Positions 49,499 through 59,353 of a DNA stretch of 64,000 nt are shown in pieces. Numbering within the stretch: position 1 is the stretch's first letter; each line of letters opens with the position of its first letter. Below the pieces are notes generated by a model. It was not told the DNA's origin, did not search any database, and worked only from the letters and a program-made list of their open reading frames with translations. This stretch comes from an uncultured Candidatus Saccharibacteria bacterium (lineage in GTDB: Bacteria; Patescibacteriota; WWE3; 2-01-FULL-39-13), in NCBI GenBank assembly GCA_964510925.1, contig CAZEDS010000003.1:19281-83280 (forward strand), read 5' to 3'. The position numbers were made by a program, and so were the translations under genes.

Positions 49499-51193
49499 AT
49501 GTCTGATAAAAAAGTTAAATCAAAAAAACCTGTTAAATTAATTTTTGTAAGCGGTGGGGTCATTTCTGGAATCGGAAAAGGAATTAGCACCGCATCTATT
49601 GCGCTTTTATTACAATCCGCTGGCTATCGTGTTTCAATCCTAAAATTTGATATGTACCTAAACGTTGATGCAGGTACGATGAATCCACTCGAACATGGTG
49701 AGGTATTTGTAACAGATGATGCGTTAGAAACCGATCAAGATTTAGGTAATTACGAAAGATTTCTTACCCAAAATTTTTATAGAGATAACTATCTCACAAT
49801 GGGACAAATTTATTGGGAAATCCTCAATAAAGAACGTGCCCTAGGTTACAAAGGAAAAACGGTTCAAGGTCATATTCATGTCCCAGAACATATTATTGAA
49901 AAAATATACGAAGCCGCCGCAAAAACAGAATCCGAAATATTCTTAGTCGAAGTCGGTGGAACAGTAGGCGAATATCAAAACATGTTGTTTTTTGAAGCTA
50001 TCAGACGCCTCAAGCAAAAAGATCCTGAAAATGTATTTTTAGCTCACTTGGTTTACTTGATAACACCTTCATCATTAGGTGAAATGAAAAGCAAACCAGC
50101 CCAAGCCTCAATTTACGATCTTTATAAACTTGGTTTACATCCAGATATTGTTATATGTCGAAGCTCGCAGCCAATGGATGAAAAAAGAAAAGAAACAATC
50201 GCATTTAATACAGGTATAAATCTTGACCAAATATTTTCAGCACCAGACGTAAAAAGCGTATACGAAATTCCATTACTTTTTAAAGAACAAAATCTAGACG
50301 ACAAATTACTAAAAAAATTGAACCTTAAACGGAAAGAAAACAAAATCGTTAACTGGGAAAACTTTGTAGATAGGGTACACAATTCAAATAAAAAAATTAA
50401 AATCGCAATCGTTGGCAAATATTTTACTTCAGGTAATTTTTCATTAGAAGATGCCTATGTTTGTGTCATCGAAGCCATAAAGCATGCTGCATGGGCACAA
50501 AACTGTCAACCTGAAATCAAATGGTTCAATGTTGAGGATTTTGAAGACGAACAAAAAAAGAAAATAATTTCGACAGAGCTAAAAAGTTTTGATGGAATAA
50601 TTATTCCACAAGGCTGGGGAAGCCGTGGAGTCGAAGGTAAAATAGAAGCCTTAAAATTTATTAGAGAAAATAAAATCCCATACTTGGGTCTATGCTTTGG
50701 AATGCAAATGGCCGTCATCGAATATGCTCGAAATATTTTAAATCTAAAAGGTGCAAACACAACAGAAGCCGATCCTGATACAAAATATCCGGTCATTCAC
50801 GTAATGCCTGAACAAGAAAAATACCTCAAAGAAAACAAATTCGGTGGAACAATCAGACTTGGTGCATGGCCATGCAAATTGAGTGCAAATTCTACTGCTT
50901 TAAATTTATATGAAGAATTTGCACCAGACACAATTAAAAACGGCATAATAAATGAGCGCCATCGACATAGGTACGAAGTAAACAACGAATACAAAGACCA
51001 ATTACAAAAAGCAGGACTAATAATTTCGGGTACATCACCAGATGGAAAACTTGCAGAAATCGTAGAATTGCCAAAAAATGTACATCCATTTTTTATTGGT
51101 ACACAGTTCCATCCAGAATATAAATCGTGGCCATTAAAACCACATCCATTATTTATGGGATTCATAAGAGCTTCGCTTAAAAACAAAAATTAG
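49499..51193 (+). CDS. pyrG: CTP synthase
   Basis: GGVISGIGKG, NVDAGTM, GLCFGMQ, ERHRHRYE, QFHPE. Confidence 0.98.
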   Translation: MSDKKVKSKKPVKLIFVSGGVISGIGKGISTASIALLLQSAGYRVSILKFDMYLNVDAGTMNPLEHGEVFVTDDALETDQDLGNYERFLTQNFYRDNYLTMGQIYWEILNKERALGYKGKTVQGHIHVPEHIIEKIYEAAAKTESEIFLVEVGGTVGEYQNMLFFEAIRRLKQKDPENVFLAHLVYLITPSSLGEMKSKPAQASIYDLYKLGLHPDIVICRSSQPMDEKRKETIAFNTGINLDQIFSAPDVKSVYEIPLLFKEQNLDDKLLKKLNLKRKENKIVNWENFVDRVHNSNKKIKIAIVGKYFTSGNFSLEDAYVCVIEAIKHAAWAQNCQPEIKWFNVEDFEDEQKKKIISTELKSFDGIIIPQGWGSRGVEGKIEALKFIRENKIPYLGLCFGMQMAVIEYARNILNLKGANTTEADPDTKYPVIHVMPEQEKYLKENKFGGTIRLGAWPCKLSANSTALNLYEEFAPDTIKNGIINERHRHRYEVNNEYKDQLQKAGLIISGTSPDGKLAEIVELPKNVHPFFIGTQFHPEYKSWPLKPHPLFMGFIRASLKNKN

Positions 51194-51231
51194 TCATTGC
51201 CCAAGATATCAAAACACTTTACGATATTGAT

Positions 51232-51435
51232 ATGAGCGAAAAACCTGCAAAAGCAAAATCAACCAAAAGCACAAAATCTAGTTCAACAGCAAAAGCTAAT
51301 ACAAAAAAAGAACTCAAAAGCTTTAAACCAGAACAAACGGTTTCAAAAGAACAAATGATTGGAATGGTAATATTTTTTATCGTTGTAACAATCGCATCTT
51401 CATACGCATTTTTAAATACATTCTCAATTTTTTAA
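51232..51435 (+). CDS. Small basic tail-anchored membrane protein
   Basis: Lys/Ser-rich N-terminus, C-terminal TM. Confidence 0.6.
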   Translation: MSEKPAKAKSTKSTKSSSTAKANTKKELKSFKPEQTVSKEQMIGMVIFFIVVTIASSYAFLNTFSIF

Positions 51436-51458
51436 AAATAGGAAAATTTGGATTTCAT

Positions 51459-51535
51459 TGGTGGACAGCACAGGATTCGAACCTGTGACCTCTGCGATGT
51501 GAACACAGCGCTCTAACCAACTGAGCTAGCTATCC
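51459..51535 (-). tRNA. tRNA-Val(CAC)
   Basis: Reverse complement GGATAGC...CTGTG-TT-CAC-AT-CGCAG...GCTGTCCACCA. Confidence 0.93.
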
Positions 51536-51640
51536 GTGTAGCAAATAACCACCCCAAATTATACTAAATTTGTTAACAGAGTTCATAGACCATTACCGGA
51601 AATTTTTGAAAAAAATGGCTTTTAATGCTAAAGTTTCCGC

Positions 51641-52390
51641 ATGAATAAATCAAAGACCACAATAGTGCTTATGGCTGGAGGTGAAAGCTCTCGTTTTCAA
51701 TCAGTTCCTGGATCAGAAACCACGAACAAAAATTCTTTCAAACTACCAAACGGAGATACAATGATTGAAATGTGTATCAGAATGTATAAAAATGCAGGTT
51801 TTACCAACTTTGTTGCGCTTCTTTATCATAAATCAAACACTATTACTGATTTACTCAAAGATGGGTCAGAATTAGGCGTAAATATCGCTTATAGCTACGA
51901 TCCTGACATGCCAGTAGGCAAAGGTGGAGCAATACTTAATGCCATAAAAAATGGCTCAATTCCTAGCGATCATACAATAATTGTACATAATCCAGATGAC
52001 GTTATCTTAAATTTTGATGGATCATTTCCAGATTATATTGCTCAAGAGCACGACAAAGGAATCCAAAATGGAACAACCGCAACCGTTGTTGTAGTTAAAG
52101 AAACTCCATATGCGTATACGGGAATGACCCTCGATAATGGCTTTGTTAAAGACATTGAGATGTATCCAATGGTAAAAATTCCAACACATATTGGAGTTAC
52201 AATTTTAGATCCAAAATGCTTTGAATATTTTGAAAAGCTTTTTGACCTTACAAAAAAATCAGATTTTGAACAAGTGTTGTTTCCAATACTTGCAAGTGAA
52301 TCTAAGTTATTTAGCGCTAGTATTCCAAACGCAAATTGGTTAGCAGTTAATGATTTAAAAGCTTATAAAACGCTTTTAAAAAACTTATAA
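51641..52390 (+). CDS. Sugar-phosphate nucleotidyltransferase family protein
   Basis: VLMAGGESSRF, DGSELGVNIAYS, GKGGAI, NPDD. Confidence 0.82.
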   Translation: MNKSKTTIVLMAGGESSRFQSVPGSETTNKNSFKLPNGDTMIEMCIRMYKNAGFTNFVALLYHKSNTITDLLKDGSELGVNIAYSYDPDMPVGKGGAILNAIKNGSIPSDHTIIVHNPDDVILNFDGSFPDYIAQEHDKGIQNGTTATVVVVKETPYAYTGMTLDNGFVKDIEMYPMVKIPTHIGVTILDPKCFEYFEKLFDLTKKSDFEQVLFPILASESKLFSASIPNANWLAVNDLKAYKTLLKNL

Positions 52391-53266
52391 TTTTAACTCA
52401 ATTAATCGATCAAAGTCTTCATTAGAATTAACCAACGTTCCACTAACTTTTAAATAATAAGTGGTGGACAATGGTAACTCTTTGCTTTCAAACACAGAAG
52501 TGTAAACTGATTTATCAATCTTGATTGAATTAAGCTCCTTTAGCAAAAGACCTTTTGAATCTAAAATTTCCATTTTATTAATTTTAGCGTCACCTGAAGC
52601 AAACACACTTAAATTATGTTTACCATCATTTTGCATTAAAAGGTCTGCTGTTAAATTAAGAGTCGATTCTCCTGTAACTTTCAAAATTGCAGAACCTTTT
52701 GTTTCACCATAAATATGTATAAAGTATGATCCAGGAGTTAAATTTTTAATCGTTATCAATTTAGCTTGGTCTGTTCCTTCGATTTTTGTATCAAGCAATG
52801 ATAGATCTACATTTTTTTGATTATGATCAATAAGTTTAAGTGAGTAGGTCCCTTCAAAAGAATTTAAAAAGAAATTAATTGAATCAATTTTAGAATCAAT
52901 ATTTATGCCAAATTTAAAGTTTACAGGATTCTCTAAAACCGATAGGGATTTAATCATAAAAATATTACCTGCTTCAATTCCTGTTTTGCTAATAACATCA
53001 ATGGCAGTTCCAGTGTCTGCCGGATCGATATATTGAAAAGTACCACCTGTTTGATTTGCAAGATTTAACATTAAATCTAATCCTTGTTGTGGAGCTAACT
53101 CGTTTTGTGACTCAATATTTTGTTTAGGACTTGTTACTTTGAAAATATAATTTTTATTAGCATTAATATTCTTCGAGAAATTGAAAATAGATTTATAGCT
53201 TAAAACTAGCGAAATAATAATCCCAAATCCAAATGCAAAATATAGTGTTATTCGGTTAATTTTCAT
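52385..53266 (-). CDS. Membrane-anchored beta-rich extracellular protein
   Basis: Start reassigned to ATG 53266 (avoids overlap with thrS); TM followed by beta-sandwich-like sequence. Confidence 0.6.
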   Translation of the reverse strand: MKINRITLYFAFGFGIIISLVLSYKSIFNFSKNINANKNYIFKVTSPKQNIESQNELAPQQGLDLMLNLANQTGGTFQYIDPADTGTAIDVISKTGIEAGNIFMIKSLSVLENPVNFKFGINIDSKIDSINFFLNSFEGTYSLKLIDHNQKNVDLSLLDTKIEGTDQAKLITIKNLTPGSYFIHIYGETKGSAILKVTGESTLNLTADLLMQNDGKHNLSVFASGDAKINKMEILDSKGLLLKELNSIKIDKSVYTSVFESKELPLSTTYYLKVSGTLVNSNEDFDRLIELKL

Positions 53267-53416
53267 GATAATAGTATAAACCGAATAATGTATAATATAT
53301 AAGTGATAAATAATATATGCTTTTCTATATTTGATACCATTTTGACTACTACCCCGCAGGGGGATATTTAATAATCTTTCAACCAACTTTAAAGTTTTTA
53401 GTGTTAATATTCGTTT

Positions 53417-55186
53417 ATGGAAAATAAAAATCAAAACAAAGACTATTTATACAAAATTCGCCATTCAGCTGAGCACATAATGAATCAAGCAATTGAAGAA
53501 TTGTGGCCAAATCAAATCAAACGTGCGATTGGACCTGCGATCGAAGATGGATTCTACAATGATTCAAGATGGGAAGGTGTAAAAATTACCGAAGAAGATT
53601 TCCCAAAAATAGAGGCTAAAATGCAAGAAATTGTCGATAAAAATTTACCTTTTACATACAAAGAAATTTCAGAACAAGAAGCCTTAAAGATGTTTGAAAA
53701 CAACCCATTCAAACAAGAATTAATAAAAGAATTTGCCGAAAAAGGTGAAAAACTAAGCATTTATATTACCGGAACAGAAGATACATCAGAATTTATCGAT
53801 CTTTGCAAAGGCCCTCACGTTGAACGAACCGGCGAAGTAAAAGCTTTTAAACTTTTATCAGTTGCTGGTGCATATTGGCGTGGAAGCGAAAAAAATGAAA
53901 TGCTTACAAGAATTTATGGAACTGCATTTCCATCCAAAAAAGAACTTGAAGAACATTTAACAATGCTAGAAGAAGCTAAAAAGCGTGATCATAAAAAATT
54001 AGGAAAAGAGCTTGAATTGTTTATGTTTCACGAAACAGCACCTGGAATTCCATACTGGCTACCAAAAGGTTTAACAATTTATAACGAGTTAGTTAATTTT
54101 TGGAGAATTGAACATAAAGAACGAGGCTATCAAGAGATTGCTAGTCCATTAATCAATAAAAAAGAGCTTTGGGAATGTTCAGGACATTGGGATCACTATA
54201 AAGAAGACATGTTTATTGCCGATATGGGTGAAAATGAGGTTTACGGAATAAAACCAATGAACTGCCCGAATGCCATGATCGTTTTTGGATCAAAAACCAG
54301 AAGTTACAAAGATTTACCATTAAGATTATCTGATACAGACATGCTTCATAGATATGAGCGTTCAGGAACTCTAAATGGATTATTGAGAGCGAGATCTTTT
54401 AGACAAGATGACTCACACAATTTTATAACTCACGATCAAATTAAGTCAGAATATTCAGCGATTTTTGAAATCGCAAACAAATTCTACGGAATTTTCGACC
54501 TAAAATTTAGATTCAGACTTGGAACAAGGCCAGAAAGCTTTATCGGTGATATTGAAACATGGAATAAAGCTGAATCACAATTAAAAGAAATCCTAGAAGA
54601 AAGTGGCCGAGAATATTTTATTGAAGAAGGCGATGGTGCTTTTTATGGCCCAAAAGTCGATATCTTAATGAAAGATTCTATCGGTAGAGATTGGCAGATG
54701 GGAACAATCCAGCTAGATTTTCAACTTCCAAGAAGATTTAACTTAAGCTATATAGATAGTGATGGTAAAGAACAAACACCAGTTGTTGTTCACCGTGTGA
54801 TATATGGATCATTAGAGAGATTTATGGGTATTTTAACTGAACATACTGCAGGAGCTTTTCCGTTATGGCTAGCACCAATTCAAGTAAAAATCATTCCAAT
54901 TTCAGATAAATTCAATGATTATGCAGCAAAGATAAGTCAAGAACTCGAAAAACAAAATATTAGGGTAGAAATAGACACAAAAGCAGAAACGATGGGTAAT
55001 AAAATCCGAAAAGCTCAAGAAGAGAAAATCCCTTATATGCTAGTAATTGGTGAAAAAGAGGTCAATGATAATAAAGTTTCAGTACGAACAAGAGATGGAA
55101 AACAAAGCAATCTGATTGAGCTCGAAGGCTTTACTCAAAAATTGAGAACCCTTATAATTGGAAAATCGTTAATTTGCGATATTTAG
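53417..55186 (+). CDS. thrS: Threonyl-tRNA synthetase (no N-terminal TGS domain)
   Basis: RHSAEH, DLCKGPH, KPMNCP, GAFYGPK, HRVIYGSLERF. Confidence 0.98.
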   Translation: MENKNQNKDYLYKIRHSAEHIMNQAIEELWPNQIKRAIGPAIEDGFYNDSRWEGVKITEEDFPKIEAKMQEIVDKNLPFTYKEISEQEALKMFENNPFKQELIKEFAEKGEKLSIYITGTEDTSEFIDLCKGPHVERTGEVKAFKLLSVAGAYWRGSEKNEMLTRIYGTAFPSKKELEEHLTMLEEAKKRDHKKLGKELELFMFHETAPGIPYWLPKGLTIYNELVNFWRIEHKERGYQEIASPLINKKELWECSGHWDHYKEDMFIADMGENEVYGIKPMNCPNAMIVFGSKTRSYKDLPLRLSDTDMLHRYERSGTLNGLLRARSFRQDDSHNFITHDQIKSEYSAIFEIANKFYGIFDLKFRFRLGTRPESFIGDIETWNKAESQLKEILEESGREYFIEEGDGAFYGPKVDILMKDSIGRDWQMGTIQLDFQLPRRFNLSYIDSDGKEQTPVVVHRVIYGSLERFMGILTEHTAGAFPLWLAPIQVKIIPISDKFNDYAAKISQELEKQNIRVEIDTKAETMGNKIRKAQEEKIPYMLVIGEKEVNDNKVSVRTRDGKQSNLIELEGFTQKLRTLIIGKSLICDI

Positions 55187-55237
55187 TTCTTGGGAATTTT
55201 GAGCAATTTTGCTTGATAATCCCTAAAAATTTAAGCT

Positions 55238-55738
55238 ATAAAGAGAGATAATAATATAAATAGAGAAATCAGAGCGGTCCAAGTCAGGTTAATTGATGCT
55301 GAAGGAAACAACATAGGAGTTGTTCCAATCAGAGAAGCAATTCAAAAAGCTCAAGATGCAGGTTTGGACTTGGTTGAAATGTCAGCAGGCGGAGGTACTC
55401 CTGTATGTAGAATAATCGACTACAACAAGTACATATATGATCAAAAAGCAAAGCTAAAAAAGAACAAAGCCAAAAAGGCAGACCTAAAAGAATTCAAATT
55501 GGGTCCAAATATTAGTGAAGGCGATCTAAAAGTCAGAATTAATAGGGGAAAAGAGTTTCTAACTGCCGGAGATGTGGTAAAATACACTCTAGTGCTTAAG
55601 GGTCGTGAGGCTATGTTTCCAGAAGTTGGAAAACTTAAGCTTAAAATTATTGAATCCGAACTTGCAGATGTAGCAAAAATGGAAGGCGGACAAAAGTTTT
55701 TTGGAAATACAATAAGTGTTACATTTACGAAAAAATAG
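55238..55738 (+). CDS. infC: Translation initiation factor IF-3 with non-canonical ATA start
   Basis: Conserved INREIRA..VRLID..G lies upstream of the TTG at 55364. In-frame stop at 55232; no ATG/GTG/TTG before that motif, ATA at 55238 and 55256. Confidence 0.92.
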   Translation: MKRDNNINREIRAVQVRLIDAEGNNIGVVPIREAIQKAQDAGLDLVEMSAGGGTPVCRIIDYNKYIYDQKAKLKKNKAKKADLKEFKLGPNISEGDLKVRINRGKEFLTAGDVVKYTLVLKGREAMFPEVGKLKLKIIESELADVAKMEGGQKFFGNTISVTFTKK

Positions 55739-55750
55739 TTGATATAATCT

Positions 55751-55948
55751 ATGCCAAAAGCAAAAACAAGAAAAATAGTATTAAAAAGATTTAAAATTAC
55801 AAAGTCCGGTAAAATAGTAAGAAAAGCGAGTAAAACATCACATCTTAACAGAAAAGATGATTCAAGCACTAGAAATCGTAAAAAGAGAGACTTAATAGTA
55901 ACTAACAAAAAAGTTGCTAAAAAGCTCAAAAAAATGATAGTTAATTAA
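55751..55948 (+). CDS. rpmI: 50S ribosomal protein L35
   Basis: MPKAKT..KRFKITKSGK..H; operon position. Confidence 0.95.
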   Translation: MPKAKTRKIVLKRFKITKSGKIVRKASKTSHLNRKDDSSTRNRKKRDLIVTNKKVAKKLKKMIVN

Positions 55949-55962
55949 AAAAATTAAAATAT

Positions 55963-56322
55963 ATGCCAAGAGCAAAAACAGGCGTAGTAAGAAGACGCAG
56001 ACATAAAAAAATATTAGAACAGACAAAAGGCTTTTATCTGACACGTAGCAAACTTTTCAGAAGAGCTAATGAAGCTTTCTTAAAAGCTGGTGAATATGCT
56101 TTTTTTGGAAGACAACTCAAAAAAAGAGATATGAAAAAGCTTTGGATTATCAGATTAAATGCTGCAGTCAAAGCTCTTGGATTTTCTTATTCAAGATTCA
56201 TGCAAATGCTTAAAAAAGCTAATATCCAACTTGACCGTAAGGTTATGGCAGAAATGGCAATTACTCATCCAAATGCATTTAATGCTTTGATCGAGAAAAT
56301 TTCTATTAGTAAAAAAGCATAA
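55963..56322 (+). CDS. rplT: 50S ribosomal protein L20
   Basis: RRRRHKKIL..KGF, LWIIRLNAA, LDRKVMAEMA. Confidence 0.98.
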   Translation: MPRAKTGVVRRRRHKKILEQTKGFYLTRSKLFRRANEAFLKAGEYAFFGRQLKKRDMKKLWIIRLNAAVKALGFSYSRFMQMLKKANIQLDRKVMAEMAITHPNAFNALIEKISISKKA

Positions 56323-56363
56323 GCCTCTATAAATTTTACAGCGTAGATATTAGAATATAATAA

Positions 56364-57362
56364 ATGGAAACATTCGAGATCCTAGATTTAATAAAAGAGC
56401 TTCGTGATTCTTTTACACAAGATATGCAAAGTCCTAATTTTGATTGGGACATTGTGTATGTAAAATATCTAGGTAAAAAAGGTGTAATTAATCAAGAATT
56501 TCAAAAAGCAAAGAATCTAACAGATCATACTAAAATTGAATTCTTAAAAGAGATAAATAAATTCAAAGCAGAAATCGAATCAACTCTTGAAAAATCAAAG
56601 CCAACAAATTCACATCAATTTGAATTAAATCTTTCGACTCCAGTATTAATGTCAAAAACTGGTAATTTACATCCTTTAACATTGGTTAAACGGGATTTGT
56701 ATCAATTTTTTCACTATTATGGATTTTCAGTTTATGATGGTCCAGAAATTGAGAGTGATTATTACAATTTTGAAATTATGGGCGTAGGAAAAGATCATCC
56801 AGCAAGAGATCTACAAGATACACTTTATATTTTAGAACCTGAATTTTTACTTCGAACACAAACTTCAAGCATCGAAGGAAGAATATTAAAAGAAAAAGAA
56901 CCACCAATAAGATTTGTAGTCGGGGATAATGCATTTAGAAATGAGACAGATAGCAGATCAAATACATCATTTTTCCATCAATTTCAGGGTGTCTATTTAG
57001 ACAAAAATGTGAATATGGGAAATTTAAAATGGGTATTCACCAAAGCCCTAAAGCACATTCTAGGACAAGATACCGTTATAAGATTCAGACCAAAATATTA
57101 TCCAGAAGTTGAACCTGGAATGAGCCCAGATATTTTGTGCAAATTCTGTAAAGGTTCAGGCTGCGAAGTTTGTAAACGAAGAGGTTGGATTGAAATCGCT
57201 GGTGGTGGAATGATACATCCTACAACATTACAAAAGGCAGATATTGATCCAAATAAATATTCTGGATTCGCTTTTGGATGGGGTTTGGATCGAATTGTAA
57301 TGCAAAAATATGGAATTGATGATATTAGAGTTTTATATAATGGCAGTTTGATATATCTATGA
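56364..57362 (+). CDS. pheS: Phenylalanyl-tRNA synthetase alpha subunit
   Basis: HPARDLQDT, LLRTQTS, YYPEVEP, GFAFGWGLDR. Confidence 0.97.
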   Translation: METFEILDLIKELRDSFTQDMQSPNFDWDIVYVKYLGKKGVINQEFQKAKNLTDHTKIEFLKEINKFKAEIESTLEKSKPTNSHQFELNLSTPVLMSKTGNLHPLTLVKRDLYQFFHYYGFSVYDGPEIESDYYNFEIMGVGKDHPARDLQDTLYILEPEFLLRTQTSSIEGRILKEKEPPIRFVVGDNAFRNETDSRSNTSFFHQFQGVYLDKNVNMGNLKWVFTKALKHILGQDTVIRFRPKYYPEVEPGMSPDILCKFCKGSGCEVCKRRGWIEIAGGGMIHPTTLQKADIDPNKYSGFAFGWGLDRIVMQKYGIDDIRVLYNGSLIYL

Positions 57363-59344
57363 TCATTCCACTTAACTGGCTATCAAAATACATAAAAATT
57401 GAGCATACACCTGAAGAATTGGCTTCAATACTAACAAATTTAGAGTTCATGTTAGATAAACCTATATTCACAATAAATAACCATCCGATTTTAGACTTAG
57501 AAGTTAGACAAAATAGATCAGATTGTTTTTCAATTTTAGGAATAGCTAGAGAATATGCAGCATTTTTAGGCAAAAAAGTCAGCTATCCATTAGAACAAAC
57601 TGAAATTAATACAAAATGGAATGAACCAAAAAAAATTTTGTCTGTTACCGCAAAAGATGTTGTTAAAAGATTTTGTGCAGTTGAAATAACGAATATAAAA
57701 GTTAAACAATCTCCAGATTGGCTAAGAGAAGATTTAGAAGAATACGGGATCCCAGCAATTAATAATATTGTTGATATAACAAATTATGTAATGCTCGAAT
57801 ATGGTATTCCACTACATGCATTTGATATTGCAAAACTGTCACCAAATACAGATGGCACATTGATTCAAGTTAGAAAAGCTCAAAACGGTGAAGAATTTTT
57901 AACTTGGCAAGGAACTAAAATTGAATTTAGTTCTAAGGATTTAATAATTTCAAGCGGAAATAAACCAGTTGGAATCGCAGGGGTAATTGGTGGTCAAAAT
58001 TCTGGAATTGATTCTGAAACAAATGCAATCATTCTTGAAGCGGCCTGTTATGATCATGCAACAATACGAAGAATGGCTTCAGCCTATAATTTGAGAACAG
58101 ATGCGGCATCTAGACATTCAAAAATATTAAACCCAAATATGGTAGAAAAAGCCATAAAACGAGCCTTAAAACTGATATTAGAGCTTACAGAAGGGGAAAT
58201 TACAAGCATCGAAGACTTTTATGAAGAAAAATTAAAGCCAGTTACAATAGAATTTAATCTAGTCGAAATTTCAAGACTTGGTGGTGTAGATATAGAAAAG
58301 CACGAAGTAATATCTATCTTAGAGACACTTCAATTTGAAGTTATCGAACAAAAGGAAGCAATTGGTCTAGACCAAAATATAATAATTGTAAGAGTTCCAG
58401 AATGGAGAACCGATATTAATATTCAAGCTGATTTAGTCGAAGAAGTTCTACGTCTTTGGGGATATAGCAAAATACCTGTGTTACCAATTAGAGAAGCACC
58501 AGAAGATTTTTCTACGACAAAATCAATATTGCTTGAAGATAAAATTAGAGATATTTTGACAAGTTTTGGGCTAGACGAGCATTATACAAATCCACTTGTT
58601 CAAAAAGATGAAAATAAAAAATTCCAAGTAAAACTTGAGAACCCTTTAAATCAAGATAAAAATGCACTAAGAACTTCAATTACTGAAACCTTGATTGCAG
58701 CATTTAACCAAAATATAAAATCAAATCCTAAATTAATCGGAGTTTTTGAAATAGGTAAAATTTATGCTGAAGTTAAACAAGGACAATATACAGAACAAAA
58801 AATCATTTCAACAATTTATAACAGTGCAGAATTTGGTCTAAAAGTTAAATCTGATTTGTTAGCTTTGCTGTTCAAGTTAGGAATCATAAATTCTCCAAAA
58901 GAATTAAATTACAAATCAATTGATAAAAATTGGCTATCATTGATCAAAGGGAAAATTGAAGTCGCAACATTAAGTTCAACAGGTTTTAACCTAAAAACAG
59001 AAGAGTTATTAGAATTAGTTGATCTTAATAAAATTCCTAAACTACAAATAAAAACAAAACTAACACAGAATATTATTGAAGAAATATCAATAATTACAAA
59101 CAAAGAATTAGATTTGTTTGACTTAGAAAATATGATCTACGATGCAGATCCAAGCATAATTCGTGTTTATGAATCCGATAATTTCTCAGACATATCAATT
59201 GGTGAAAATAAAATTTCGCATACAATTTCTATAGAATTTGAAAACAGTCAAAATGAGCTTACTCGTGAAAAAATTGAAGCAATTCGCTCATTAATAATAA
59301 AAAAGTTAACGACTGAAATCAGCGCAACAATCAGAGGCGAATAA
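57359..59344 (+). CDS. pheT: Phenylalanyl-tRNA synthetase beta subunit (short, B2 domain apparently absent)
   Basis: NRSDCFS..GIARE, VDITNYVMLE.G.PLHAFD, RTDINIQADLVEEV. Confidence 0.93.
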   Translation: MIIPLNWLSKYIKIEHTPEELASILTNLEFMLDKPIFTINNHPILDLEVRQNRSDCFSILGIAREYAAFLGKKVSYPLEQTEINTKWNEPKKILSVTAKDVVKRFCAVEITNIKVKQSPDWLREDLEEYGIPAINNIVDITNYVMLEYGIPLHAFDIAKLSPNTDGTLIQVRKAQNGEEFLTWQGTKIEFSSKDLIISSGNKPVGIAGVIGGQNSGIDSETNAIILEAACYDHATIRRMASAYNLRTDAASRHSKILNPNMVEKAIKRALKLILELTEGEITSIEDFYEEKLKPVTIEFNLVEISRLGGVDIEKHEVISILETLQFEVIEQKEAIGLDQNIIIVRVPEWRTDINIQADLVEEVLRLWGYSKIPVLPIREAPEDFSTTKSILLEDKIRDILTSFGLDEHYTNPLVQKDENKKFQVKLENPLNQDKNALRTSITETLIAAFNQNIKSNPKLIGVFEIGKIYAEVKQGQYTEQKIISTIYNSAEFGLKVKSDLLALLFKLGIINSPKELNYKSIDKNWLSLIKGKIEVATLSSTGFNLKTEELLELVDLNKIPKLQIKTKLTQNIIEEISIITNKELDLFDLENMIYDADPSIIRVYESDNFSDISIGENKISHTISIEFENSQNELTREKIEAIRSLIIKKLTTEISATIRGE

Positions 59345-59353
59345 ATAAAAATT

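Noticed and set aside
53267-53434. N-terminal extension of ORF 52385-53434
   Set aside because: Overlaps the thrS start and promoter; ATG 53266 has its own -10 element and precedes the TM segment.
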